NCBI GenBank assembly: GCA_905178155.1
Contig: CAJINV010000003.1
Location: 9,245,979 to 9,309,978 of the forward strand
Length of the DNA stretch: 64,000 nt
DNA from: Amoebophrya sp. A120
Lineage: Eukaryota > Protista > Dinoflagellata
Direction: 5' to 3'
The translations under genes and the position numbers were made by a program. Position 1 is the first letter of the stretch, and each line of letters begins with the position of its first letter. The notes under the pieces were generated by a model that saw only the letters and a program-made list of their open reading frames with translations, was not told where the DNA came from and made no database searches. Shown one piece after another: positions 51,428-63,046 of the stretch.

Positions 51428-52480
51428 TCAAGCATCAGAAGTTTCGCAATCTTCCAGAAGACCAAGAACTATTTGCAATGTTGCATAGCCGAGGAGCGCG
51501 AGCCAAAACCGGAGGCTCTCTACCACTGCAGTCTTCCCTCGCAGTCGCTGTGATAAAAAAGCCACTTCCCTTCTCTTGCTCGGAGAGGTGGGAGCAGCAG
51601 CGGGTGAAGATGGGGCACGAGTAGCTGCTCCCTCGATGTTATCTCGGTAAAAAACGCGGTGAAGGTAGTTCACTCGCTGCAAAGTCGAGTCGCGACGTCG
51701 TAGACAGCAGGCGTGACAGAGGCAGCACTCGGCCACACGATCTCCGAAAAACAAGAAACTCGATTTCACACGTGCGCAAAGCGCCGAGAACAAGACCCCA
51801 TCGGACGAGGAGAGAGACGACGACCTCGCCGGGCTGCTGGTGCTGATGGTGCTGCGGTTCCGAAGCAAGTGTCCCTGCGAAAAAGCGCTGTCTGCACGTG
51901 CATGGCGGCCGCTGGTGCTTTCAGAAACAGGTGAAAAGCGCGACGCGGTAGTCGGAGAGTTTGGCGAAGACGTAACAGGGACCGCGAACCACGAGCGAGG
52001 ATCTAGCGGAGGCGGCGCCTGCCGCTTCTTTGTGCGTGCTGCATACCGACTTTCATCCTCGCCGGCGATCGCCGCGGCTGTAGGGGAAGGACCAATGCCG
52101 GTATGCATTCCGTCAGGGTCTGTGCTCGACTGTGGCACGTTCGAAGACGACCCACGGCTGCGCTGTAGAGGAAGATCCGCCAGCTCGAGCTCGGCGCAGC
52201 CGCTTTGTTCCGCATCCCGGTGCAGCACCCCGCTGAAGCCTGCGCCACGCTCATTAGCACGAAAGTGAAGTGCCGGACTTTGCCTGTCACTGCTCGCAAT
52301 CTGTGGAAAGCCTACACCAATGCCCGCAGGAGCGGACTGGTCCTCGCGTTCAAGAAAATCATAGTCCGCTGCCTCAGAAGCGAGGCCGCCGCGCATCGCG
52401 TCGCATTCGTCCATCACTACAGGACTGTAGGGACTTTGGCTCTCGGACCATAGCAACGGCGGGGCTTGCAGCAGCGACAC
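51428..52480 (-). CDS. Ser-rich coding exon, probably the 5' part of the lectin gene
   Basis: 350-aa ATG-started ORF in the same frame as 48449-51163; the junction was not resolved. Confidence 0.5.
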   Translation of the reverse strand: MSLLQAPPLLWSESQSPYSPVVMDECDAMRGGLASEAADYDFLEREDQSAPAGIGVGFPQIASSDRQSPALHFRANERGAGFSGVLHRDAEQSGCAELELADLPLQRSRGSSSNVPQSSTDPDGMHTGIGPSPTAAAIAGEDESRYAARTKKRQAPPPLDPRSWFAVPVTSSPNSPTTASRFSPVSESTSGRHARADSAFSQGHLLRNRSTISTSSPARSSSLSSSDGVLFSALCARVKSSFLFFGDRVAECCLCHACCLRRRDSTLQRVNYLHRVFYRDNIEGAATRAPSSPAAAPTSPSKRREVAFLSQRLRGKTAVVESLRFWLALLGYATLQIVLGLLEDCETSDA

Positions 52481-52953
52481 ATAGCTCGACTAGAGGCGCA
52501 AACAATCCAGCCGATTCCATAGCCGCAAAATAAATCTGGCCCGATCAGAAGCAGAGATCCGCTCTGCGTTGGCGCGTTTCGGTGAACTACATTTCCCACG
52601 GGCTTCTGCAGAAATTCTGCGAAAAGGACGCGGAACGTACGCGAAACAGCGCAAGTCGAACGCTTACGCCACCACAGTGCCAGAGACGCGCGCCAACGCG
52701 TTGCGCCCTTGTGTTCCGTCTCGTTTCGCGATCCAGTTGTTGCGCCTGTTCTTTGGTGACTCGACGCAAAAGCACGGCGCCGCAAATTATCCCCTATTTG
52801 GTGAGCCCGGTGCGGCGTGCTCTCTTGCGCAATTCACGCGCAAGTCTGCGCGCGGGATTGTGCTAGAAATTGCTCGCGTTTTCTTGCTATGGCGGGGCGC
52901 GCGGAATGTCGACCATTAGGCGGCCCCGAACCGGACCGACACGCTCTCGTTGC

Positions 52954-53531
52954 TCATCTGTTTTGTCCCCATGCCTCTCCCCTAGTTGCCTCCGCCTTCA
53001 GCTGGAAGAAACGGGGGGGGCATTCGAACGCGACTTGATGCGCGATGGGCGACGCCGGCGCTACGCAGAGCGCGCCAACAGAGTCGCCCCACAAGAGCCA
53101 CAGCAAGTGGACACATAAGCGGGCAGGTGAGCAGCTGCGCCGCCAGCCGTCGTAGCGCGCGCGCTTGCATCGCTTGCGTCGCCAGCCGTCGTAGCGCGCT
53201 TCCTTGTTTTTATCCAATTTCGAACATTGCCACTCAAGCTCTCGCATCAGCGCGGACGCGAGTCGTTGCAAGTTTGAAAAAAAAAACAGGCAAGAACTTT
53301 GCGGCTGTTTTTGAGGTTGGATTGTTCACGTTCGTAATACGCACACGCGAGCAGCACAGGAGCGAAAAACCAACAGAAGCCGGGAAATACCAGAAAAGCT
53401 GCCGCCGCTATCAGGGTCCATATCCACCACCGGAGGTCGTCCCACAGTGGCGACACCCCGAGCGGTTCTGCTTTCTTTTCTTCTGGCGGCGCGTTCATGT
53501 CAATCATGTTGTCTATTCTGATTGTCTGCAC
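52954..53531 (-). CDS. Small hypothetical membrane protein
   Basis: Hydrophobic WWIWTLIAAAAFLVFPGFCWFFAPVLLACAYY in ORF 53247-53531; probable second exon 52954-53271 with an in-frame 39-bp duplication (ARYDGWRR twice). Confidence 0.4.
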
Positions 53532-54659
53532 CTACGCTCGAAATGGAGGAAGGACACTCCGAGCTTCCACTCCGACGACTTTCGCATCTCAGGAGGTACT
53601 GGCTTTCCTGGCCTGTGAGTGTAAGAATGCGCCAGCTTGTTCTCGTCCTCATGACGGTCCGGGTTCGGGCTCGCATCCGGTGTTTACTAAACCGCTCTCG
53701 CTGCCTTTGCCTCGTATTTTAGATAGTAGTAACCGAAAAAACGACCCGAATAAAGAAAATCTTAACCACAGAAACACGCTTAATGATCTTTCTGATCCTG
53801 GCTGCGTTAATTTGGTTCATATCTTCCATGACTTACCGCATGGATTTCGCGGTCAGTCTGTCATGAGACCCTGCCGCTGTCTGCCCGTAGTTGCAAATCC
53901 ATCGAATTCGAGAGCGAAGCAACTGACTTCATCAGCGACATGCACATGTTAAACAGCAAGCGAATGCGATTGATGAGACAAACTAGATCGTTCTTAAGCA
54001 AGTGAGGATGCTGCACATCAGAGCACCTTTACACATTCATGCACCAGATCAAATTTAAGTGCCGGAAATTTCTGTACAGAACCTAATTTCTGTACAGGAG
54101 CTTAACGCTTGTGAAGAAGGACTAGGAACCAGTACGCCTGGTAACTTACTTGCAAGGCAATTTGCGCCGTCGCGCAGTCGTCGATTCTTTCAGCATCATT
54201 CCTTGCAGCTAAATTTCTTTGAAGCTGGTCTTACACGTGTCAAAAGGGCATCGCTTTGTAAACAAACTCATCAGCCGCGTCTCTGCCTCCCTCGGAAGCG
54301 CCTGCGTCGCCTGGTCCTGGATCTGCCTGCGCAGGATAAACTATTTCTGAGTGAAACGCGCGATCTCAACTAGAAGTCGCAAGCGAGTTGCGCACTAGTT
54401 CGAAATAAATCACACCAAGACCACACTCCAGCGACAACAAATAGTACGAGCGTCTACTTTTAAGCGCGATTTTGTCTGGCGCCCTCATTGTAACCATTTT
54501 AACTACTCTGAACCTCCTACAATAGAACATATATATCAACTTCTGGACTTTGCCTCCTTGTTTACTTTTTGCAGTCGCGCATCTTCCTCCGCCTCCTTGT
54601 ATAAACGGGCTGTCTACTGGGTTGGTGTTGCAACCTCCTGCTCCGGATCTCATTCAAAG

Positions 54660-57600
54660 ACAACAAGGCCCGCCATTCAGGTGCTTGTAAGTCCTCGTGT
54701 CTTGAGAACTGCGCCCATGCGTAGCTGCAGACATTGCTTTTTCAATTTGTCCACCTGCTCCTCAAGGGACCTTTTCTCAAGTGTGAGCTCGTCATGCCAG
54801 CGCGTCCGTAACTCTTCCTGCACCTGCAAGCGTGTGGAAAAGTGTTTTCTTGCGCATCAGTTCCAACATTTCTTTCATAAACGCACAAAAATAAGAACAA
54901 CTCAGCAATATTATCTATCAAAAACATTCATGCCAGACCTTCAATAGTTCGATGGCCCTTTGTTCGCCAGCCTTGCCCTTTGCGGCGAGTGTTTTGACCT
55001 TTGCCAACAGCTGTGACTTTTCTGTTTCAAACACGCGGCGCTCGTCGTCTATCACCGCCTGATACTCCCGCTCTTTGTTCACCAAGAGCTTCTGCAGATC
55101 TGCTACGCGGCGAGACAGGGTTGCGTTCTGCTTTTCCACGACAGCGCAGGTGTCTTCTTTATGCTGGAGCTTCTGCTTAAAGTTTTCGAGACTCGAAGTG
55201 AGCTCGCTTTTCATATCGGTACTTCTATCATCCAGAAAATTACAACTAGCATGCCATATTCTACTTTTCTGCATACAAAAGAACTCGGTACCAGTTCACG
55301 TCGGGATGTCAACATACCTTGATCATTCAGGAGCTCCACCGCTCCGATCACCATCACCACTACAAGCGGACCCTCTACTATTTTGCGCACAGTCTGGCGC
55401 TACCGCCAATGAAAAAAGAACAAGGCTGTGCCCCTGCGTTCAATCGCTCGTGCTCCGCGGCTCAGCCGGTGCTGGTTTCTTTTTCAAATATGACACGGTA
55501 GCATGTTTCTTGAGGATAGCTTCGCTGCAGGTTTCTGTTCTGTGCTTGCGCTGTCTCCTGCAAGTTGTCCTGTGAAAACACCACGTCCCCATCCAATACT
55601 AGTCACGTACATCTTGCATGCACAGGAAGTATCTGGCCCGGCTCCCCATGAAGGGCGGGTAGTGCATTATGCTTCGGGATTTCGTCATGCTAAACCGATC
55701 ACAACCAAAGCGGAGCGAAGTGCGCCTGTCAGTATAAGGGGCGGAAGATCCTGGACACGGCCACAATTGCGAAGCGCGACACAATTGCAGACCGAACTAC
55801 TCGGGTACTTTTATGCAGGCCAGGCCAAGGGGGCGATAATGGCCTCGAAATACATGCGCGAAAACCCCACGAGCGAGGAGCGCCAAAAAAAAACTAAACC
55901 GAGGAATGATCTGCTCGGAGTACGGCCCAGAGAAAACAGGGCGACTTTCACCCTCTCCCCGGTGCTGCTGCCCATCTTTTGGATGCTCTTTGGGAAAGTT
56001 TTTGTTTGGCTTCCGGTCGCGTTTTGCGCAACCTGGCTATTTCCTACCCCTTCCGGCCTCCCCGCCAAGACCCCTGCGTGATAACAGCAACTGCCTCCGC
56101 GCTGCGTTTGCGAAACAGGGTCGCAGCTCGCAGAGCGCGGACAACGGCTTCCCAGGCATTTGACCACCAGATCACAGAGTTTACATGGATTTGGGTATGG
56201 ACGTCGCTTTTACACAGGATACAACTTGTCTTGTAAGGATGCGAGTTCGCGCGCCTTATCATGAACCTGTGAAGAGGAAGCCGAAGCAGTTCTCATTTCC
56301 ACTAAAATAAAATCATACTTCAATCATAACAAATAGGCACACCAGTTCACTACATCAACAAATGCACGAACACTAGTTCGAAAGCACTTCTCTGCCGCAG
56401 CTTTGCCATCAATACAATCACAGTACTTCTGCGTACTGGGGGCAAGGCACAGACGCTTGCTTCTGGAACGGCAGCAGCCTCCTCTGTCTCATATGCCTTG
56501 AGACGTAGGAGCGTGACTGGAGTTACTTCCACCAGCTGAAGAACAAGAAACTGCGTCGACTAAATACAGACGCGGCGCGTCAAAAATACTTCCTTCTCGA
56601 GCATCAATCGTCTCTTCTGCAGGTCCTCCAGGTCGGTACGCAGGTGCGCAGAAGTTTTCTCAGCTAAAGATATCCTCGCTTCCGCAGCCGTCTGTTGGTG
56701 CGAGTGCTGCTTCACTAGGAGGTCGTACCTGAAAAATGACAACCGATACGAGCTAATGTGGCCGCTCCCTAGCTCCGCGTGCTCTTTTACGGTTCGCAGT
56801 TGAAGGTAGAGCATTTCATTTTCATAACATGTGTGTGTAGAACAAAACACAAGCGGAGGGGGGTAGTCTTGCTTTCATCAATCTTCTTACCCGTCGACCG
56901 AATAGAAGACAGAATTGAATACTTTGTCTGCGAATTATCAACATATTGCAAACAACTTCCAACCCACAGCCAGCTATCAGCGGCCACTGCCAACGGTGTC
57001 ACGTAGCAGGAGCTGACTCTTGTTCATTGTTTTTTACGTGAGAATCGCCCGCACATTGGAATCTGCCATTATTCTACCTACAATCTTTCTCTTTCTGAAC
57101 TGCTTTCCGAAGAAAAGTACAAAACACTCAGTCTAAAATGCAGCTTCCAGTCATCTTCATGTCTTGGGTGAGCGGAGGTGTTTGCCGGTTGATAAAGGTC
57201 CAGGCTGAGAGCCGACGCCTTCGACAGTTGGTCTTCGAGATCATCTATCCGTCTTTGCCGCGTCATATAGTAGGCAAAAATAGCAACCCATGCCCCGACC
57301 ACATTTGATATAGCACACTTGCCAAAACACATAGTTCACAAGGGTCACTTCTGGCAGACGACTCAAAGGCCAGCCGTGTGATCCATCTAGTATGCACATG
57401 CGCAACACGACCACTCCCTGCTTCGCAAGTCGCCCCCTGCAACGCACAAAGTGCACAAGAAAGCCGGACGGGTCCTCGAGAGTGGGTTGCTTTGTGTCTG
57501 GGTACATTTCTATTTGCCCCTCTGTCGCTCTGCGCATATCCTCGAGGATCACCTTCATTGTTTGCAGGGCGCAGAGGTTTCTCTTCTGCTTCTTAGGTTC

Positions 57601-59800
57601 TGCTTGATGTAAAATAAATTGTCCACCGTTCATTTCATACCAGCGAGAAGATGCATGCACAGTCAGTAATTTATGCAGCAGCTTGCTCTATCCAGTAATA
57701 CAAGTAAGTACGCGGCATGATTCCTTACCTCCATCTCCTGCTTGCGCTTCCGGTCAGTATCCTCCTTGCTCCGAGACGCGTTTCCCTCCAAGGCCTCAAG
57801 CTTAGTCTTCTCAAGCAGCACCTCAGCTAGGTCCTTTTCCAGGACGTCGAGCTTTGCGCGCTGGTCCGCGATCTGCTGTCGCTGCGTTTTCTCTTTACGC
57901 TCTAACTGTTCCATGAGCACGAGCATGTTTTGCGCCTCGTTTTTGGCCGCGTCGGCCTCCTTACGCGCGCGTTGGTACTTCTCCGAGAGGTCCACATTCT
58001 CTCGCTCCAGCACCAGAAACTTCGCACGACGGTCGCCGAGCTCGTCCGACAACCTATCCGGTGTAAAAAAAGCCACCTATGCGACATACATGCTAAACAC
58101 GAGTAAGACAGTGACACCTTCGCCATGCGAAACGGTCACCCGTAAAGGCAGGCTCTTTGTCCAACTCTTCATGCTCTAATCAGAAAAAAGAAGGGGATGG
58201 GTTCTTCGCGCTGCGGCTACACTATCGAATCACGACTGCACGATAGGCCCAACAACATTATCTTGCGCAACTCGTAGACCTTCAATGTCCACATCTTGAC
58301 TACAAAGCCGGGGGACGTCTTTAGACTTACACGGGATACAACTCGTGAAACAGCTTCAGGTTCTGCGAGTTTTCGGCACTGATGCGCTCCACTCGCTCGT
58401 CGCTCTCGTCCCGGAGAAGCTGGTACTTCTGTGACCAATCATGCTCCTGCTGCTGCGCCTGCTTCAGTTTTTCAGAAACACTCTGCAGCCCGTCCTTGTG
58501 TGCTGCGAGCTGCTTCCGTGTGGTCTCGAGCTCACTCTCCGCTAGCGCGCGCATGCGGTCCAGCTCGTCCGACTGCCGTGCCCTTTGCTGATTTTGCCCG
58601 TGTAATTGCTCCAACTCCGCGACGCGCTGCTGCATCTTTTCGATTTGCGACTTCAACAGAACATTCTGCTGCGCCAGCACCTCGTTTTGTTCCACGCTCA
58701 TCTTATACAACGCGTCGAGCTCTTCCCGCTCTTCCTCGAAGCGAGAACGAACGGCAGCCAGGCCTCCGCCCCCGCTGCTGCTCGAGGACCCACCGCCTGC
58801 GCTTAGAAATTCCCGAGTCTGCAGCTGCGCAATGTGTTCGCTCTTCTGCACCAGCTCCTCTCGTAGCGTTTCGTTTTCGTTCACGAGCGCAGCGGCTTGC
58901 TCCGCCAGGCCGGCGCTCTTTCCCAGTACGGTCTCCAGCTCCCGCACGCGGTCGTCGTATACCCGAATCAAGGGGTTCATCAATTGCACATTGTTCGCCC
59001 ATGGTGGCAGCGCCACGGCTGAAGCTGCCAGATTATCTCGCTTGAGCGCCCCGCTGTCGACGAAGCGCTGCAACTCCTTGGTTACTTTTTCGGCGTACTG
59101 CTGCAGCTGGTAGCGCTCCTGCTTCAAAGCTTCGACCTCGTTCATTCTCGACTAGGAGTGGGACCTCTGTACTCCAGAAACAAATAAGATAGCGCTGCAA
59201 CGTCAGGAGTGGTGGAAGTGCCGATCTCAGATAGACTCTTCCAGCCCAGGATGACACACGCCTTTGCGTGTCGTCCTTTGTCTCCGTGCTCGTGCGATGT
59301 TATTACCCCACTACAAGCCCATCTAGGACCCCACTACGGCGACAGCATCACGGACAGGGCCACTACCTTGGCGACAAGGAAGGCCTGCTTCCCCTCTTCC
59401 GTACGGACATTTTCGTAGAGCGACAGTGGCACGAAACGATTTCGAAGAGAGGAAATAACGCTCGAAAGTTTTGCGTCGAGATGTTCGCGACTTCAATCTC
59501 CATATCAAAAGAGGCAATGTGGCAGCAACGTGGGACGTCAACTACTGGTGAAAATGTTCGCTAATATCCGTGGTTTCTTCGAGTACTCTAATATAAGAAC
59601 TTTTTGATGTTCATGCACTCTCTCACTTTTGTCTTGCTGCAAGAGGTCCACCTTTTGCGCCTCCTCCTGCTCGGCGGCTTCATCATTTATTAGAAACTCT
59701 TCATTCCCTGCTCTAACACTCCGGATCGATTGGAGAGAAAGTTTCTCGACTCCAAAGTGGAGAGAGCGGGAAGCTTCGCACCTGCTAAATTTGACGCCAT
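54660..59800 (-). CDS. CEP89: Coiled-coil protein resembling centriolar distal-appendage protein CEP89/CCDC123, multi-exon
   Basis: E/Q/K/L-rich heptad exons (58327-59145, 57663-58076, 56560-56850, 54918-55274); motif LPPWANNVQLMNPLIRVYDDRVRE resembles the PPW...PL..YE/DD motif I recall from CEP89. Ends approximate. Confidence 0.55.
55226..55518. mobile_element. Decayed TIR introner
   Basis: TATCATCCAGAAAATTACAAC vs TATCCTCAAGAAACATGCTAC; flanks ACTTC/GCTTC match 4/5; removal reads QNRNLQRS-TDMKSEL. Confidence 0.75.
56936..57194. mobile_element. Possible decayed TIR introner
   Basis: TATCAACATATTGCAAACAACTTCC vs TATCAACCGGCAAACACCTCC; no TSD; 259+5 nt removal is in frame (SLDL-QTK). Confidence 0.4.
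58055..58338. mobile_element. Slightly decayed TIR introner
   Basis: TATCCGGTGTAA vs TATCCCGTGTAA; flanks CAACC/CAACT match 4/5; removal of 289 nt joins two frames (LFHEL-SDELGDRR). Confidence 0.8.
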
Positions 59801-62800
59801 AGTTTTAGTTATGCGGCCGCCCGGGCGGAGATAGTGGATACTGATGGCTCCTGCACAACACGCAAACCAGGCCCGTGTAATGATGTACACTAGACTTCAT
59901 GTGGTGGTCCATTTTAAATTTAAATAAAGGCTGCGCAATCTTTGTTTGTTTGCTTCTGGTATCCGCCGTACCGGGAACCTTACGGGCGAATTTCGCTGCC
60001 GCCCCCACACGAAGAGGAAACTCCCGAGTACCCCAAAAACATTCAGAAAAACATGTGTGTCTTGTCCTTGTCCTTGTGTGAAGCGGTGCAACTCGTGACG
60101 TAAAAGGCAAACGCAGCTCGCATACAACTAGAACTACACAAGCTGGATTCATAGCAAATAACTATTGCCCGGCTGAAATCTAAAAGTGTTCTCGGGAGTC
60201 GACAAATTTGAAAACCGCTGAGCGAAGCACGCAGCGAGTTTGTCGTGCCACATTTCGCCCATTCGAATTGTCCCAGTAAATGGACGGCAAAAGTTATTCA
60301 CGAGGGGTAAACTATTAGTATTCAGCTGAAGAACGATGGTCTATTGATTTGTGACGCAAACGTAAAATATACAAGTTTTGTGGGGCGAAAAGTGAGGCGC
60401 CAATTCCAGTCTTGGCGTCTCGACGATGTCCCCAAGTCCTGCTCTAGTTCTCCGCAAGTGCGCACGAGCAGCTCCGGATGTTCCTTTAAACAAAAAACTC
60501 TCTAACGTCTGGCATACCACTTAGCCGATCACTTCTGTTGATGGATGCTGCGGACCGTGGGCATCTGGGAGGCGTCTCCCGGTGTTGCAGGGTCCCACTG
60601 CACTGGCCTATCGTTTTCCCATATGCCAGTTCTCGTTTCCTTTTTGGCGTTCGTATAAGTGCCTGAAGATTGAAAATTCGCACCGTAACTGTTTCACTTT
60701 CATCAACTCATGCCGCAAAAATAAGCACGTGTCACCAGAGGCAGAGGACGACAATTAGACGTATGTACATATGGAACGGAAAGGACAACGCGTTCGGGTA
60801 GATGAATTTCTCAAGCACAAGCGTACTAGCACTCTACTAACTAAGTACAAGCAGGTCTTCTGTGTGCACGCCCTTACCTTTGCCGTGCCTCCTGCCGTCG
60901 AACCAAGCGCCGTCATACCTGCGCCCGTCTGGCCAAAGAAACACGCCCTGTCCGTGCGCTATGCACACGAAAAAAGTGCGCAACCAAACACGTCTGCATC
61001 CGCTTCCATGCCATTGCCACAGAAAACATACCGGGCAGAAACCTACATCCCGAGGCAGAGGCTATCGCTATTACAAAAACAGGCTGCGCGAAAACGTATG
61101 AAATAAACGCGACGTGCTCTGGAAGCCTACGATGCATGCACAACAAACATGGCCTCTGGGTTGTCCCTTCCGCGCAAAGGCAAATCAATGGCTGCTGTTC
61201 TGCGAAGAAATGCTTCACAGCCATGATCACCATCATCAGCGAGCCCATGAAAAAAGGGTCGCAGCAGTGCGCGAAGGCTAAAAGGTTTCGCAGTCCGTGA
61301 CTGGCTCCTCTGTGAAGAAATAACAGTCCGCATTTTTTTACGCACTTTCTTTATACGATATGCTTGCGACCCAGGTTGTACTCGCCCTCGTACTGACGCC
61401 CGTCAGCCCAAACCATGATCGCTCTTCCGTGAAGCGTATAAGTATGAAATTAGTCCACATCATTCCAGAATCCTCCGCGTGTGCGCATTTATATATTTGC
61501 TATTTCTTTCCACGCCATGACAAATCTGGCCCGAACACTTTCGGATAGAAACCCTCCATCTTCAATTTGCGTCACTTACTTTTACGCCTTTCAATGCAGC
61601 AGTGTGGTGGACACGATATTCATTCGAGTAAAACTTTCCGTTCTCGAACTGCCCCTGAGATCAGTAAACGAAATCACGATGCCAATAATCGCTGCCTAGG
61701 CAGAGGTAGCGCAGTGCGCGTTTTGTCGCTACCGTTGAAGCTTTGATGAGGTTGCTCGCATCTATGGAGGTATCTTCCTGCACAGAAAAAGGTTACACAG
61801 TCAGCACCAGAGCCACACAAGTTCTAATTCTTTTCTGTACCTATCTCATCCTCCTGGGTACGTATGTAGTAAGTTGAGGTTCGGGCAGAACCCGTAAAGC
61901 ACATTAGACAACGCACCTGATAAGTCCGGCCGTCCGCCCACCAGAGAGTACCGTGACCTTCTTTCACATCATCAACGAAGTTCCCCTCAAACTCGTACCT
62001 GTTTTTCCGGACGTGGATTTATTTGGCACTCGCATTGGATGGCCGCGCTTTGCGAAAATTGCAAGTTGGGCACTGTTCTGACAGCGGCACACTTCTAGGT
62101 GCAGCGATCAAAAACTTCGAGCAAAAAGGTGTTGGGCAATAACGCAGTTGTAACTACACAGAGTGCCTAGCGCTTTCTTCTTTGCGGAATTTCCGTAAAG
62201 AGATTTCTAGGGAGCTTGCTGAAGAAGTCGAAAAGCCAAAGTCTCTCCTCGTAGTAGCGTGTATCCTTTACCCCTGCTCCTTTATTCTGCCAAACCCTTG
62301 TCGTCTGCCTTGTGCGTCTCGTTTCACAGTCACGTCGATGCTTCCATCTGGCGCAGCAACCTTTCATTGGTGTGGTCTCTAATCATTTTTTGACCTAGCT
62401 GGTGCATGTGCGATCGTTGTCACATAGACAAGCGAGCAAGGCACAAACAACAGAACCACTGGAAAAATAATGAGAGCGCATGAACAAAAATGCGATACCT
62501 TTACTAGAAAAATGAAAAACATAGGAGACAAATAATAGCCGCCGCACCGTCGGGGCCAGTGAGGTACTATTTGCGTTTTTTCTGTCGAGCCACCCTGAAT
62601 ATTCCGACTGCAGGGCTTAAGAAGCCCTCCTCTGCCTATGCTCGGCTGAGCCCGGTCCTCCGCCAGGCGGTGCCAGCCCCTTGGTGGCGGGATCCTCGGC
62701 GCGCGGGCTGCCCCGAACGCTATGGCTCCGCCTGGCCCTCCACCAGGGGGGGCGGCCCATCCGAGGCCAGATCCTGAGCGCGCAGGCTGGCTTGCAGTTT

Positions 62801-62973
62801 TATTTGGCGGACTACGCATTTTTCTGCTTTTTGATTTTCGTTCGCGCCCCGAAGTCAGGCCGCAGCAAAAGTCAGTGTCCGTGGGCTGAAATCTGCCTGC
62901 GAGCCGGAACCAGCGTGCGAGCCGAACTCAGGCGACGGGCCGAAGTCAGACCGTGAGCTAAAGTCAAACCGTA

Positions 62974-63046
62974 GCTCAACGTCCGTCCGCGCCGCGGACG
63001 GACGTTGAGCGTACTGCGAAGGGCCCGCCGCGGGCCCTTCGCAGTA
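62974..63046. repeat. Twin perfect GC-rich hairpins (double-hairpin element)
   Basis: 62974-62990 pairs with 62994-63010 (17 bp); 63012-63028 pairs with 63030-63046 (17 bp); the two are 1 nt apart. Confidence 0.92.

Noticed and set aside
51233-51487. Family A-like end at 51487 in the lectin gene
   Set aside because: No matching left TIR or TSD giving a consistent frame.
23096-54100. Short tandem duplications (27 bp ~23100, 18 bp ~41265, 13 bp ~44265, 39 bp ~53141, 18 bp ~54068)
   Set aside because: Ordinary slippage duplications.
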